Source of the DNA: a virus
DNA: 64,000 nt
Virus record (IMG/VR): IMGVR_UViG_3300006226_000022
Strand: one strand, 5' to 3'
Shown: positions 9,619 to 20,086 of the stretch, piece after piece
Position numbering within the stretch: the first letter of the stretch is position 1
Layout of the letters: every line of letters starts with the position of its first letter
The notes under the pieces: generated by a model
The model's input: the letters and a program-made list of their open reading frames with translations, nothing else
What the model was told of the DNA's origin: nothing
Databases searched by the model: none
Program-made: the position numbers and the translations under genes

Positions 9619-12012
9619 TTAAAACTGAATCGTAAACGCAGACGTAGCCCCAAAATCAGAAAACTTGGGTTGTGCCAAACCGGAATAAACCACACCATCA
9701 AAAGTACAACTTACAGGCACCCATGTGTATGTAATATCTATGCCATTGGTTATAACCGCCGACGGCATACCCCAATCTTTCGTAATAATAAATGGTCTGC
9801 CCATTGGATAATCGTCCCAATCATCTATGGTCAATCCTGTGGATTCCATCCAAGGTGCCGAATCGACAACAACTGGCTGAATAATAATTGTCCGCTTTGC
9901 CCCTTCAAAGGCATTCCAACCAGGAGTGCCATGCTGTTGCACCAAATCAAAATAATCCTGCGTCGGAACAGGAACAAGTGCAGAATTCATCTGCATTGCT
10001 TCCGAAATAGTTTTCGGCATAAGCACCCCCCAATACCCAGCCATAGCCGGTATCGCAGCAGCCTTGTACACATGTATTTCAAACGGCGTTGCGACCACCT
10101 CTCCAAATCGGTCAATCATTATCGTTTGAGTCCCAGAATCCTCAGCAGTTACCGTAACAGCAAGGCGATAAACTACACCACTATCCTTGGTGAGTTCCCC
10201 TTTGATCAGTCCTGCCGAAAGAACAATCTCAGCCGCCATCAAATCAGAGGTAAGCGATGCTACATTCTCCGTAAACGTAATCGTCAATTCAGTTGTGCTT
10301 TCAGTATCACTACCATTAGCAGTAACCGTAAACTGCGCTAAAAGTGGAATCGGCTCGTACTTAAAAACAGCAAACGTCCGCTCATTAGCTGAAATTCCAT
10401 CACGTGTTACCGCCAATGTGCCAACCCCAGGTGTTTCAGCAATTATCGTTAATCGATAAGCATTAGTACCATCTTTCACCAACGCACCAGCTGTTATATT
10501 TGATGAAAGTATAATTTCAGATAGTTGCAAATCACTATCCAAATCACCGTCAAACACAATCAGCAATTCCGTAGTACTTGTAGTAACGCCGCCATTAGCC
10601 GCAACTGTAAACTCAATAGGTGCTGGTTCATACTTAAAGACAATAAATGTCCGTGCTACCTCAGACACCCCATCACGACCTATCGCCAATGTACCAACTC
10701 CAGCCATTTCAGTAGCTATAGTCAAGCAATAAGTACCGTCACTATTCTTCACCAAATCATCTGCTGTTAAATTCGCTGAAAGAGTGATTTCAGAAAGATG
10801 TAAATCGTTCTCCAGATCACCATCAAACACAATTAACAATTCTGTAGTACTTTCGACATCACTACCGTTAGCCGTAACAGTGAATTCGATAGGCGTAGGT
10901 GCCGGTTCGTACTTAAAAACAGTAAACGCTTGTGCGATATCGGATACGTCATCACGATCAATTGTCAACAAGCCATCCCCTGCCGTTTCAACGGATATCG
11001 CCAATCGATAAATATCACCGCTTTCCTTCGTTAACGTACTTGCAACTACATTTGACGAAAGCGTAATTTCTGAAAGCAATAAATCGCTCTCTAAATTTTT
11101 GTCAAACGTTATCAACAATTCCGTTGTAGTTACTGTGGCGCTACCATTTGCCGTAACCGTGAACTGTATCGGCGGCAGAACAGGTTCGTATTTAAACACG
11201 GTAAACGTCCGCTTTGTATCAGAAATTTCCTCACGATCAATCACCAACGTACCAACTCCCGCTGTTTCAGTAATCACTGCCAATCGGTATGTACTATCAC
11301 TCTCTTTCATCAGCGAATCTGCTGCCATATTCGCCGAAAGCATAATTTCCGAAAACAACAAATCGCTTTTCAACTCTTTATCAAATACAATCAGCAATTC
11401 CGTTGTGCTCTCTGTGCTACTTCCATCCGCTGTTACCGTGAAGCCAATCGGCGTAAGTTTGGGGGCAGGCGGCTCCGGTACATGAATATGAGCAGGTAAT
11501 CGAACTATGAATTTCCTAGCATCTATATGAACTTCAGTTGCAGGCGGCGAATCCGTTTCTCCGTCAAGGTCTACAAGCCATTCTGGATACAAGCAATAGG
11601 CACCGCCAACAGTAACATTCCCTGCGGGAATCGGCGTGTAACGATAATTACCTTCTCCACCGTATGGACGTTTCAGTGCAAGATGCAACAAATAATTGCC
11701 TGGCGGAATACCAAAACTTACAGTGGGGGCTATAAACACCTCAAAATAGGGGAGATTTCCAACAGGTTGTTCTAACAACCGAGTCAAATTAACAACTTTG
11801 ATCCCATTCGGTGTCCGAATTGAAAAATCCACCATAGTTCCTTGAGGCAGTTGCGCATCACCAGGAATGGTAAAAACAAAACGAAAGCAAGGAGTGTCAC
11901 CAAACATCCATGACAATCGAACATTATTGCTGGATCCTACGGAAAAAGCCATAGATGCATCCCCAATCAAAAGTGAATATTCAATATAGGCGCATTCTAC
12001 AATAAAAATCAA
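9619..12012 (-). CDS. tail-fibre / receptor-binding-like protein with five tandem Ig-like repeats and a C-terminal domain
   Basis: Five ~86-aa repeats of pattern FTVTANGS..TTELLI(V/T)FD..L.SDL.LSEI.LS.N....L.K.....YRL.I..E..G.GTL.I.RD......F.VFKYEP; C-terminal domain duplicated as gene 8479..9051. Confidence 0.55.
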   Translation of the reverse strand: MIFIVECAYIEYSLLIGDASMAFSVGSSNNVRLSWMFGDTPCFRFVFTIPGDAQLPQGTMVDFSIRTPNGIKVVNLTRLLEQPVGNLPYFEVFIAPTVSFGIPPGNYLLHLALKRPYGGEGNYRYTPIPAGNVTVGGAYCLYPEWLVDLDGETDSPPATEVHIDARKFIVRLPAHIHVPEPPAPKLTPIGFTVTADGSSTESTTELLIVFDKELKSDLLFSEIMLSANMAADSLMKESDSTYRLAVITETAGVGTLVIDREEISDTKRTFTVFKYEPVLPPIQFTVTANGSATVTTTELLITFDKNLESDLLLSEITLSSNVVASTLTKESGDIYRLAISVETAGDGLLTIDRDDVSDIAQAFTVFKYEPAPTPIEFTVTANGSDVESTTELLIVFDGDLENDLHLSEITLSANLTADDLVKNSDGTYCLTIATEMAGVGTLAIGRDGVSEVARTFIVFKYEPAPIEFTVAANGGVTTSTTELLIVFDGDLDSDLQLSEIILSSNITAGALVKDGTNAYRLTIIAETPGVGTLAVTRDGISANERTFAVFKYEPIPLLAQFTVTANGSDTESTTELTITFTENVASLTSDLMAAEIVLSAGLIKGELTKDSGVVYRLAVTVTAEDSGTQTIMIDRFGEVVATPFEIHVYKAAAIPAMAGYWGVLMPKTISEAMQMNSALVPVPTQDYFDLVQQHGTPGWNAFEGAKRTIIIQPVVVDSAPWMESTGLTIDDWDDYPMGRPFIITKDWGMPSAVITNGIDITYTWVPVSCTFDGVVYSGLAQPKFSDFGATSAFTIQF
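10170..11457. repeat. about 5 x 258-bp tandem repeats encoding Ig-like domains
   Basis: Periodicity visible in the protein and in mirror ORFs 10784..11011 and 11099..11485. Confidence 0.65.
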
Positions 12013-12041
12013 GCACCAATGACTTTTCTAGGCATTTCTTA

Positions 12042-12404
12042 TCAACGCATGGCTGCGGTGTTTCCACCGCCACACCCAAAACATCTACCTTTGGGCAAAC
12101 TAGCCAATCTATCAGAAAATATTTTTCGTGAAACGTTCAATAACTCAGAAACCGGTGCTCCTTGCGTATTTTGAGCACCTGTACGTGTGTTTTGAACATT
12201 TATATCTTTCGAAAACGAACCGCTTTTAGGTGTCTGAGGCACATGTATTGTTCTCTGATATGACTGCACCTTTGGCGTGTACTCGCTACACTCCGAACAA
12301 GTTAGCAAACATGTGTTAGGCTGACCTATCAAACAAACTATCTTTCGTGACGGAATTCCCCCATCACAATTTTCCATAATCAGGTGCGCATGTAAACAAA
12401 TCAT
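12042..12404 (-). CDS. hypothetical Cys-rich small protein
   Basis: 120-aa minus ORF preceded by a palindrome-motif copy. Confidence 0.3.
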   Translation of the reverse strand: MICLHAHLIMENCDGGIPSRKIVCLIGQPNTCLLTCSECSEYTPKVQSYQRTIHVPQTPKSGSFSKDINVQNTRTGAQNTQGAPVSELLNVSRKIFSDRLASLPKGRCFGCGGGNTAAMR

Positions 12405-12434
12405 TTTAATTATAAAATATTTAATAATTAAAAT
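12405..12434. promoter_or_regulatory. intergenic palindrome copy (TTTTAATTATAAAATATTTAATAATTAAAA)
   Basis: see 7878..7907. Confidence 0.5.
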
Positions 12435-15400
12435 CTAACTTTGACCGGGGATCGGGATTGGCGGTAATACTCTGAGGTGATTTATCCACTGCGTCGTATG
12501 TACAGGTATCAAACACATCCTGTCATTTAGCGTCTCTCGTGTCAACACCGTCATATCATGCACAAACACAGGAGCACAATTATCAGTTGCTGTAAACGAT
12601 ATCCCATCAACGTGTGCAGCCCTAACTGCATTCCCATACGGGATAGACTCGCATCGAAAACCACAAAGGTACTTTCGCCCCATAGCATCCATTTTATAAA
12701 ACCCGCCCCTCACATGAGGCCATTTTAAATCATTAACAACCCCATAAGGATTCCGACTATCTATCGCCCCTGTTTCTTTTTTTTGCTTAATACTCACCGC
12801 CACATGCTGCCCCGGAGACAATACACGGACATCAAACGTTTCAGGTACAGTATATCTTCTCAAAATCATAGACTCATACACATCTTTAAACATCGGATCG
12901 TCAGGATAAGGCAACCGAGGTCTATCACCTCTATAACCACTGCTCACCCATTCCGCAAGTGCTAATTCGTAATCCCGCACAGCATCCACGTATTCCTTTA
13001 CTTTTTTTCGTACAAGCACATTCTTCACTTCATACACGTATACGTCTATTTTAGGCGTTCCACACACATTTACAGTGTATTGCTGCGGCGGAGCGGTCAC
13101 TAGCGCGTATTGCCACGTATGTCTATCTATTATGCGTTTTTTGCCGCTTTCATCGGATTTATCATAAAGCGGACGATTGTACATGTCAACAGCTGGCATG
13201 CGATATTCTGCCGTTTGCGAAGTAAAACCAACAATCTCACCGGGTATCAGTATTTCATTTTGATCCAAACTAGGACAAAACGCCAATAAATTATGGCGCT
13301 GCGCCTTTTCTTCAGACAAAGTCAATTTCCAATTTTGCGGAGGGATGGGCTCCACTCGACATTTCGGGATACTTTGTAGCAAAAATGCTTCGTTAAACCG
13401 CTCTCGGAATAACTTGGCGTACTGCTCCGATACAGATTCGTGTAACGTGCGTATTAGTTTTTCCCCTTCTCTTTGCCGCCATACACGATTATTTATAAAT
13501 AAAGGTGGATTATTTGGATCAATAACTTCTCCTGTATTCGTCACCTTACCACGCTCTACCTGTGGATCAGCCATAATCAATGGCAAAAAATACCTATCCA
13601 GCAAATCTAAAAAGCCGCACATAAGCATTTCCCAAAATGTATCCACTCGGCTTTCTTCAGCTGGGAAATTTCCACTACCGTCCGTGTGCCCCCATATATT
13701 CATGTACGCCGCGTACAAATCCAACTTATTCGCCGTCTCAAAATGACCATAATCCAACAACGTCCCATCACTATCATAATCAGGCATTCTCAAATGATCC
13801 GCCCAATACCAATGCCATCCGACATTATATCCCGGAAAATCTGGCTTATAATCTGCCAATAAATTAGTTGTCGGAATGGGTTCGTAAACCGTCGGTCTTA
13901 TCGACTGCAATCCAGGCAACCAGCCACTGCCAAAAAAAGACAAATCTAACTGATCTTTAATTCCCGAATGAAGTCCTTCAGGTGCATAATCGCGAAAAAA
14001 CAATCCTAAAATACTACGATAGTTCAATCGTGTGCGTCTATTCGGCGAAAGGCTATTCTGCTGATTCGCCATTCGATCACCACATAATGACGCAAGTCTG
14101 TCTATGAACGTCACCGGGACTGACTCATCATGTTCACTATTTGGCGGTATCTGATAATACTTATCTTGGAACTTTTCCAACGAAAAACTATGAGGCTCAA
14201 ATATTATCGAATCCGCCAGCATCTCATACAGTTTCCAAAAATTCCCCAAAGCCGACATCGGCAAAGAATCTATCGTCGGCAAACCCGCTCGCAACAAAGA
14301 CGCAAGTTCTTTCAAATATTCTTCTTTAAACGTATTGACAAATCGAGTGTAAACGGCATACGCAGCACGCTTAAACCTCGGCATAAAAAGCGTCTGGAGA
14401 TTTTCTCTAAACGTATCCCACAATGTGGCATAAAACTCTTCTGGTGTAGGCAACTCAAACTGCTCCCACTCACCAGCATTGTTAATAATGTAAAATTCCT
14501 GACCTCCAACGGCATAAACTATTGCGGTTGTGCCGACAGTCGCTGTGGGATAAAACGTACTCAGCTCTTCAAATGATGTAAACTCGTATGTTGTGTTGCC
14601 TATACTAAATCCAAATGGGATATCCGTTTTTAACATTGTCAACGACAGACTTTGCCAAAATAACGACTCATACATCTGTCGAAAACTCTCTTTTTGGGCT
14701 TCAAAAAGCCCTATAAACGAAGCCCCAGCCGGAATTTGCCCCAGCCGGATTTGTACATAATCAGCCCATGCATTACTTCGTGTCGCCAAAAACGCTTGAT
14801 TTACAGCCTCGGCTGTCACAACCAACGGATCAATAAGTCTGGCTATGTTTGAAGTACACAACGCAGTTTCATCATACATTGGTACATAATCAGGCGAAGG
14901 AAGCGGTGGCGGTGCCCAATCTTTCACATCTATCACCCAATCTTCCATCACTGCATGCATCCACGATTTCATTTCAGTGGACATCCAACCAACGTAAGAT
15001 TTAAGTGTTTGGGCTATTTCCAAATATCTGCCATCGCCTCCAACAAGATTCTGAACATCTCTCTCTGATTCCTCGGTCATCAACTCCAAATAAACACCAT
15101 TCAGAAGATTACTGTAATGTGCAAATACATGATTTTCAAGATACCCATGAATCTGCGAGACATAATCGTCAACATAACTATAAACCTGTTCAGCATCTTC
15201 AAACAAGAACAGTTGTGCCTGCATCTCAAAAACATCTTTATACCACTCGCCTCTATCAGCAATAAAAATAGCGACAATACTGGCGGGATTCCCATTGACT
15301 TCTCCAATCTCTGTATTAAGCCCATTCTCGGGACTATAATACATTTCAAAATTAGGACAAATCAGTGTGGGGATATTCAAATTAGGAAGAGTCTGCGACC

Positions 15401-18038
15401 AGACCAGATTTACATCAAAACCCTCAAATAGGTCGGCGTGCCAACCTGTGAGCGAACCTCTCAAAAGAACATCGACATGCGGTCGATAAATTAAATCACA
15501 CCACTGACGAATAAACAAATCCGCTCGCTGATACTCTTCTTCTTTTTTTTGCTCAACCGTTTCACCTGTGGGTTCATCCGACTCATCTCGGTACGCTTCG
15601 TCTATAGCATTTCGTATATCTTGTTCAGTAACTTCCAATAATTTCTTCGCCAGATAATTCGCAAAAGCACCCTCCCACGGATCAGAACCGATAACTGCGT
15701 CTGGGGCTAAATGCGCCGTTTCATAAAATGTCGCATTGATGACAGAAAGCAGTTTATCATACATTGCTGTTAACTGTTCACGTAATAATTCATTAAACCG
15801 CACTTCAAAATGCGCACGAATGGTACGTAGCACATCTCGAAAAACATCATTCAACACATCGAATATCCCTGCCTCAAAATAATATGACCTCAATGAAGTA
15901 TCTAACCTATCCAAGAACATATCCGCAGTGACAAAACGCGGATCCACCCACTCATCTTGATGTTTCCATACATCCCCTTCTGTACGCCAATAAGATTTAG
16001 TGCCCGCAGTAAAACCAACTTGAGCATAAAGCGTAGGGTCACTTGGATATATCGGAGGCAAATCATGCTCAAATACAAAACGTCGATCTCCAACATAAAT
16101 TGGAAAACTCTCAAACGACATCATGGCGCTATTGTACACATCACTTATTGCATCTACAATCACTCCACTATGGTTTTCAAATGCGTCGCCAGGTATATAC
16201 ACATAATTATTAAGCGGTTCCAAACACGCCATTAACGGTGTGGTTTTACCATCATTGCCAGGCGTAAAAAATTCGTGCAATGTTTCCTGCCAAGCCTGAA
16301 CTAAAACTGCTCCAAAAACACTCAAATGCTCATGAACTAAATCAAAGTTGTAAATAGATTGAAGCCACCGATTCAACAAATCTCGATACATCCCATCTTG
16401 CTCCCGCAAAATTGAAATGATATCTATTTTACCGTCCCATGCCAAATTGGGGAAATTTGAATCTGGTTCCCCTATGCAAAAAGGTTTCGTCGTAAAACCA
16501 TATCTATTACTCTCAGGACTTTTCGGTTCTATAACAGGATCAGCAGCTATTTCATCCTGCGACTCACCGCTTGCAGTATAAAGCAAATCACTCGAATACG
16601 CATCGGAATCATCCATCCCATCACCCAAACCATAATGCGTCCCGTTCATGTACGATGAAGCCAATCCATGAAAAGAATGTACATCGTGTCGCTTAACGCA
16701 CCTTTCTTGCGATATGGCGGGCTCACGCCTCAGCAAATAAAGCGGATGACGCATAACGACAACACCTTCGGATGTTCGTTCCTCAAAATAACGAGCCTCG
16801 CCTCGAATTCTCCAAGCGTCATCTATTTTAACATCGCCGTTCTCATCCTTGAGTTCAAGTTCAATATATTTTAGATAACTGTAATACCAGTCAGGTCGCC
16901 AATCAGGTACTTTATATTCAAAATCTTCGCCGCCCGCATAAGCAGCACGTATCGGGTCATAATTCGCGTAAGATTCACATGCCACAGTCCCAGCTGTGTT
17001 AAAATAAGCTCTTCTCGAAAACTGATCTACACGATAACTGCCACCGTTAAAATCCGTCAAAAGTTTATTCCCGGCTTCATCGTAATCCACTGGCAAAGGT
17101 ACAAGATGTTCAGCTAAAAAAAAATTACCTATAATCGGTTCGATGATGCGACAGCCCGTTTCCTCAGAGCATACAATCTTAACAATAGTTTCATTTGGAG
17201 CGGATGGCGTTGCAATCACAGAACCGCCGCCACTCGAACTCAAATAAATAACTTGTGCTCTAAAACCAGTCCGTTGAGGTAATATTCCTGTATTTACATT
17301 TCCTCCCTCAGCCCAGACAGGCTCCACATTAAACACCGCAAAATCAGCCGCAACAATATCACCTTCAACCAAATCCGATACAGGTACAAGTCTATCATGA
17401 ACCCACATCGCCAAAAGACCATCACCTTTTCTTATCGACCTTAATCTATTGAAATGCAAAACGACATTTTGCATTTGCTGGTTATACATCTGCTGTAGTC
17501 GCTCTGCACCAAGAAATCCATCCGAAGCGCCAAGCCTGGCTATATTATTGGCTATTGCCGCTCTCGCACTAATTTCCGCATTGTTTAACAAAGTCAAAAC
17601 AGCATTAGGTAGTCTTTTACACTCTTCGTATAATTCTCTCGAGGCATCTAACGTGTAAATATCACCTGGTTTCAACGGTACTAGGCGCACAAGCCATTGT
17701 ACTTGATTACCAGCAGCCGTAGACGCACTTAGAGCATCCGTCCCACCAAAAGCATTATTTCGAAGAAAATAGGGAGTACCGCCAATTTCACACGATGTAC
17801 TCCACCTACCATGATTACCATAAACAAGTCCACCAGGTACAGCGTTTAACAATTCATCATGCTGCTTAAAATCTAAAGTGATACTATCAGCACTATTTGT
17901 GTCATATTGTATATTAGCGTTTGCACCTCGTATGCTATTACCGCCGGTTCTGGCGTGTACCAGCGAACTCATACTATTCACCCATGACGAGCTAAGCCCA
18001 TCACCTGATGTTTTATGTCCAAAAATTTGCGAACCCAT
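12435..18038 (-). CDS. very large hypothetical protein (1867 aa), probable virion/tail-associated
   Basis: Uninterrupted 5.6-kb ORF in the structural-looking region; no catalytic motif recognised (searched by eye for RNAP DxDGD and lysozyme motifs, none found). Confidence 0.55.
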   Translation of the reverse strand: MGSQIFGHKTSGDGLSSSWVNSMSSLVHARTGGNSIRGANANIQYDTNSADSITLDFKQHDELLNAVPGGLVYGNHGRWSTSCEIGGTPYFLRNNAFGGTDALSASTAAGNQVQWLVRLVPLKPGDIYTLDASRELYEECKRLPNAVLTLLNNAEISARAAIANNIARLGASDGFLGAERLQQMYNQQMQNVVLHFNRLRSIRKGDGLLAMWVHDRLVPVSDLVEGDIVAADFAVFNVEPVWAEGGNVNTGILPQRTGFRAQVIYLSSSGGGSVIATPSAPNETIVKIVCSEETGCRIIEPIIGNFFLAEHLVPLPVDYDEAGNKLLTDFNGGSYRVDQFSRRAYFNTAGTVACESYANYDPIRAAYAGGEDFEYKVPDWRPDWYYSYLKYIELELKDENGDVKIDDAWRIRGEARYFEERTSEGVVVMRHPLYLLRREPAISQERCVKRHDVHSFHGLASSYMNGTHYGLGDGMDDSDAYSSDLLYTASGESQDEIAADPVIEPKSPESNRYGFTTKPFCIGEPDSNFPNLAWDGKIDIISILREQDGMYRDLLNRWLQSIYNFDLVHEHLSVFGAVLVQAWQETLHEFFTPGNDGKTTPLMACLEPLNNYVYIPGDAFENHSGVIVDAISDVYNSAMMSFESFPIYVGDRRFVFEHDLPPIYPSDPTLYAQVGFTAGTKSYWRTEGDVWKHQDEWVDPRFVTADMFLDRLDTSLRSYYFEAGIFDVLNDVFRDVLRTIRAHFEVRFNELLREQLTAMYDKLLSVINATFYETAHLAPDAVIGSDPWEGAFANYLAKKLLEVTEQDIRNAIDEAYRDESDEPTGETVEQKKEEEYQRADLFIRQWCDLIYRPHVDVLLRGSLTGWHADLFEGFDVNLVWSQTLPNLNIPTLICPNFEMYYSPENGLNTEIGEVNGNPASIVAIFIADRGEWYKDVFEMQAQLFLFEDAEQVYSYVDDYVSQIHGYLENHVFAHYSNLLNGVYLELMTEESERDVQNLVGGDGRYLEIAQTLKSYVGWMSTEMKSWMHAVMEDWVIDVKDWAPPPLPSPDYVPMYDETALCTSNIARLIDPLVVTAEAVNQAFLATRSNAWADYVQIRLGQIPAGASFIGLFEAQKESFRQMYESLFWQSLSLTMLKTDIPFGFSIGNTTYEFTSFEELSTFYPTATVGTTAIVYAVGGQEFYIINNAGEWEQFELPTPEEFYATLWDTFRENLQTLFMPRFKRAAYAVYTRFVNTFKEEYLKELASLLRAGLPTIDSLPMSALGNFWKLYEMLADSIIFEPHSFSLEKFQDKYYQIPPNSEHDESVPVTFIDRLASLCGDRMANQQNSLSPNRRTRLNYRSILGLFFRDYAPEGLHSGIKDQLDLSFFGSGWLPGLQSIRPTVYEPIPTTNLLADYKPDFPGYNVGWHWYWADHLRMPDYDSDGTLLDYGHFETANKLDLYAAYMNIWGHTDGSGNFPAEESRVDTFWEMLMCGFLDLLDRYFLPLIMADPQVERGKVTNTGEVIDPNNPPLFINNRVWRQREGEKLIRTLHESVSEQYAKLFRERFNEAFLLQSIPKCRVEPIPPQNWKLTLSEEKAQRHNLLAFCPSLDQNEILIPGEIVGFTSQTAEYRMPAVDMYNRPLYDKSDESGKKRIIDRHTWQYALVTAPPQQYTVNVCGTPKIDVYVYEVKNVLVRKKVKEYVDAVRDYELALAEWVSSGYRGDRPRLPYPDDPMFKDVYESMILRRYTVPETFDVRVLSPGQHVAVSIKQKKETGAIDSRNPYGVVNDLKWPHVRGGFYKMDAMGRKYLCGFRCESIPYGNAVRAAHVDGISFTATDNCAPVFVHDMTVLTRETLNDRMCLIPVHTTQWINHLRVLPPIPIPGQS

Positions 18039-18053
18039 GATAATTAAAATAGA

Positions 18054-19118
18054 TTACGACGTTTCTTTTAACAACAGATCTAAAAGAAAATCATTTTCCC
18101 ATTCTACCTCCTCGTAATTCTTAACCGGTTCTCCTAATGAATTTACTATTTCATCAGAAAACGCGTTAGCGGCAGTACCAATCAATGTAGACATACGACG
18201 AAATCTATTAAATCCTAGCCGATCATGATTAAAAGACAAAGTCACATCCCACATATCATTAAATTCATCGCGGGCGTACGTGCGCTTATTTGCCATTGAT
18301 TTTACAATAAAAAGTAACGTACCTCCAAGAAAAGGCCTTCTGAATTTAGACCCCATCGTCAACACGAAATCTTCTTTATTTACCGTTCCATCATAATACC
18401 AAAGCCATTCAGGAAGGTCTGTGCAATTTGTATAAGACAAATCAATCGTAAGAGTATTCTCCATAACAAAAGGTGCTTGATCTTCTTCAATGGCACTCCC
18501 ATCACTTCCCCATCGATAACCGTACGGCGAAAGTTGCCTACCTTCAATCACTGGTGTTACGGTACAACCAACTGTCCACTGCGTACATTTAGTAAGTGCC
18601 TTATACGTTACTCCCAATTTAGCCATCGTATGCCGTACATAAGAACACTCATTATTATTATCATAAACAAATCCACCATCAAAAAGCGTCATGTCATCAT
18701 GAATAACATCATGAGGTGTTCTATTTGGATTTACAGGCGCTCCAGGTTCAGAATAGGCTGAGATCTGAATTTGCGTGGCTATCGGTTTCCAAAACCACTT
18801 CCACATATCAACACTATTGTCAAGCGTGGGTGATGGAGACGTATCAGAACTCACCGAAGAATTAAATCTCATGAGATTTACTGGATGATCCGCTCCATTA
18901 AATAACTTCGATTGTGTTCCCACCATAGGTGCTGTATGTGACCAAATATAGTTATACGCTGCAAAGCGACGATTCCAAGGGCATAAAAAATTTATAGTCG
19001 TATCAAACCCATCAGAACGTATTGTCTCCGTTCGAGGCGCAACAACATCTTCGGCTATACCTATTCTCAATGCGTCATCATTAGACCATGGTGGAAGATT
19101 AGAAATTTCACTTGACAT
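18054..19118 (-). CDS. hypothetical protein
   Basis: 354-aa minus ORF. Confidence 0.45.
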   Translation of the reverse strand: MSSEISNLPPWSNDDALRIGIAEDVVAPRTETIRSDGFDTTINFLCPWNRRFAAYNYIWSHTAPMVGTQSKLFNGADHPVNLMRFNSSVSSDTSPSPTLDNSVDMWKWFWKPIATQIQISAYSEPGAPVNPNRTPHDVIHDDMTLFDGGFVYDNNNECSYVRHTMAKLGVTYKALTKCTQWTVGCTVTPVIEGRQLSPYGYRWGSDGSAIEEDQAPFVMENTLTIDLSYTNCTDLPEWLWYYDGTVNKEDFVLTMGSKFRRPFLGGTLLFIVKSMANKRTYARDEFNDMWDVTLSFNHDRLGFNRFRRMSTLIGTAANAFSDEIVNSLGEPVKNYEEVEWENDFLLDLLLKETS

Positions 19119-19977
19119 AAATCATTTTTAATTTGAATTCTTGACCAACAATAGCGTAAGGCGAACCAAATCGGGAAAAAATCTGAAGCTTGTCTATCTC
19201 ATCGGGGTAAATATCCAACCCCCATTGATTTTCAGCATCAGCCGGATAGTACATCCCCCACGTATTCGTAAAACGCACCATACCACTACCATGATTAAAT
19301 CCATTAAAACACATAGCGTGTGCTCCTGATTTTGTTCGGGTTATTTTCCCATTCAATGCAGTCACGGGGATGACACCACTACCCCAACATACCGGAATAC
19401 CGGCTTTGAGAACTTTAACAACTTGTTCCTTATTTTTCAAATTGCACGTCCAACACTGATACTGCATATTGTCAAAACCAGTAGTCTTACCGGGAGACCG
19501 AATAGAATACTCGCCAGCTGACGCAACCGACGCATTACCGAATTCCATAATTGTCCGTTGAAATTTCACAATAGACAACCCGCTTCCCCATCGTCCACGC
19601 GCTTTCAAATAAGCCACAGAACAGTTTAATCGCGGTACAATCGCTGGTACGCCAAAAAGCGTAGAATTATACACTGCGGACATCTGACCCGTTGTACCGC
19701 TGGCTCCTGTACAGCTTCCAAGCGAACTCTGATTGATATGCTGTGCAGTCGTCGGAACTATTTTCATTTTTCGACTAGCAGCAAACTTAATCCTTTTATC
19801 CAAAAAATCCTGAAATGAAGAATCACTGTACTCAACAACTTGTCCACAACTAAATTGCTCTACACCAAGTACAGAAAAAGAAGACGTATTCGAGGAACAA
19901 TACAAATCAAACTCCTGACACTCTTCATCTGTAGGCGGCAACAGCCCCATATATTCTTCATTTTTCATGTTTGTCAT
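19108..19977 (-). CDS. papain-like (C1 family) cysteine peptidase
   Basis: QSSLGSCTGASG (Gln-x5-Cys as in papain QGSCGSCWAFS), SGAHAMCFNGF (His box) and FTNTWGMYYPADAENQWG (NSWG..WG Asn box), in papain order. Confidence 0.6.
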   Translation of the reverse strand: MTNMKNEEYMGLLPPTDEECQEFDLYCSSNTSSFSVLGVEQFSCGQVVEYSDSSFQDFLDKRIKFAASRKMKIVPTTAQHINQSSLGSCTGASGTTGQMSAVYNSTLFGVPAIVPRLNCSVAYLKARGRWGSGLSIVKFQRTIMEFGNASVASAGEYSIRSPGKTTGFDNMQYQCWTCNLKNKEQVVKVLKAGIPVCWGSGVIPVTALNGKITRTKSGAHAMCFNGFNHGSGMVRFTNTWGMYYPADAENQWGLDIYPDEIDKLQIFSRFGSPYAIVGQEFKLKMIYVK

Positions 19978-20086
19978 AGCAACTCACCTAACGTCTTAAC
20001 AATAAAACAAATCGTCATTCAATGATAGCAAAATTAAGAACACAGACAAAGAAACTACCTGAAAGACACGAAAAAGCAGCACACCA

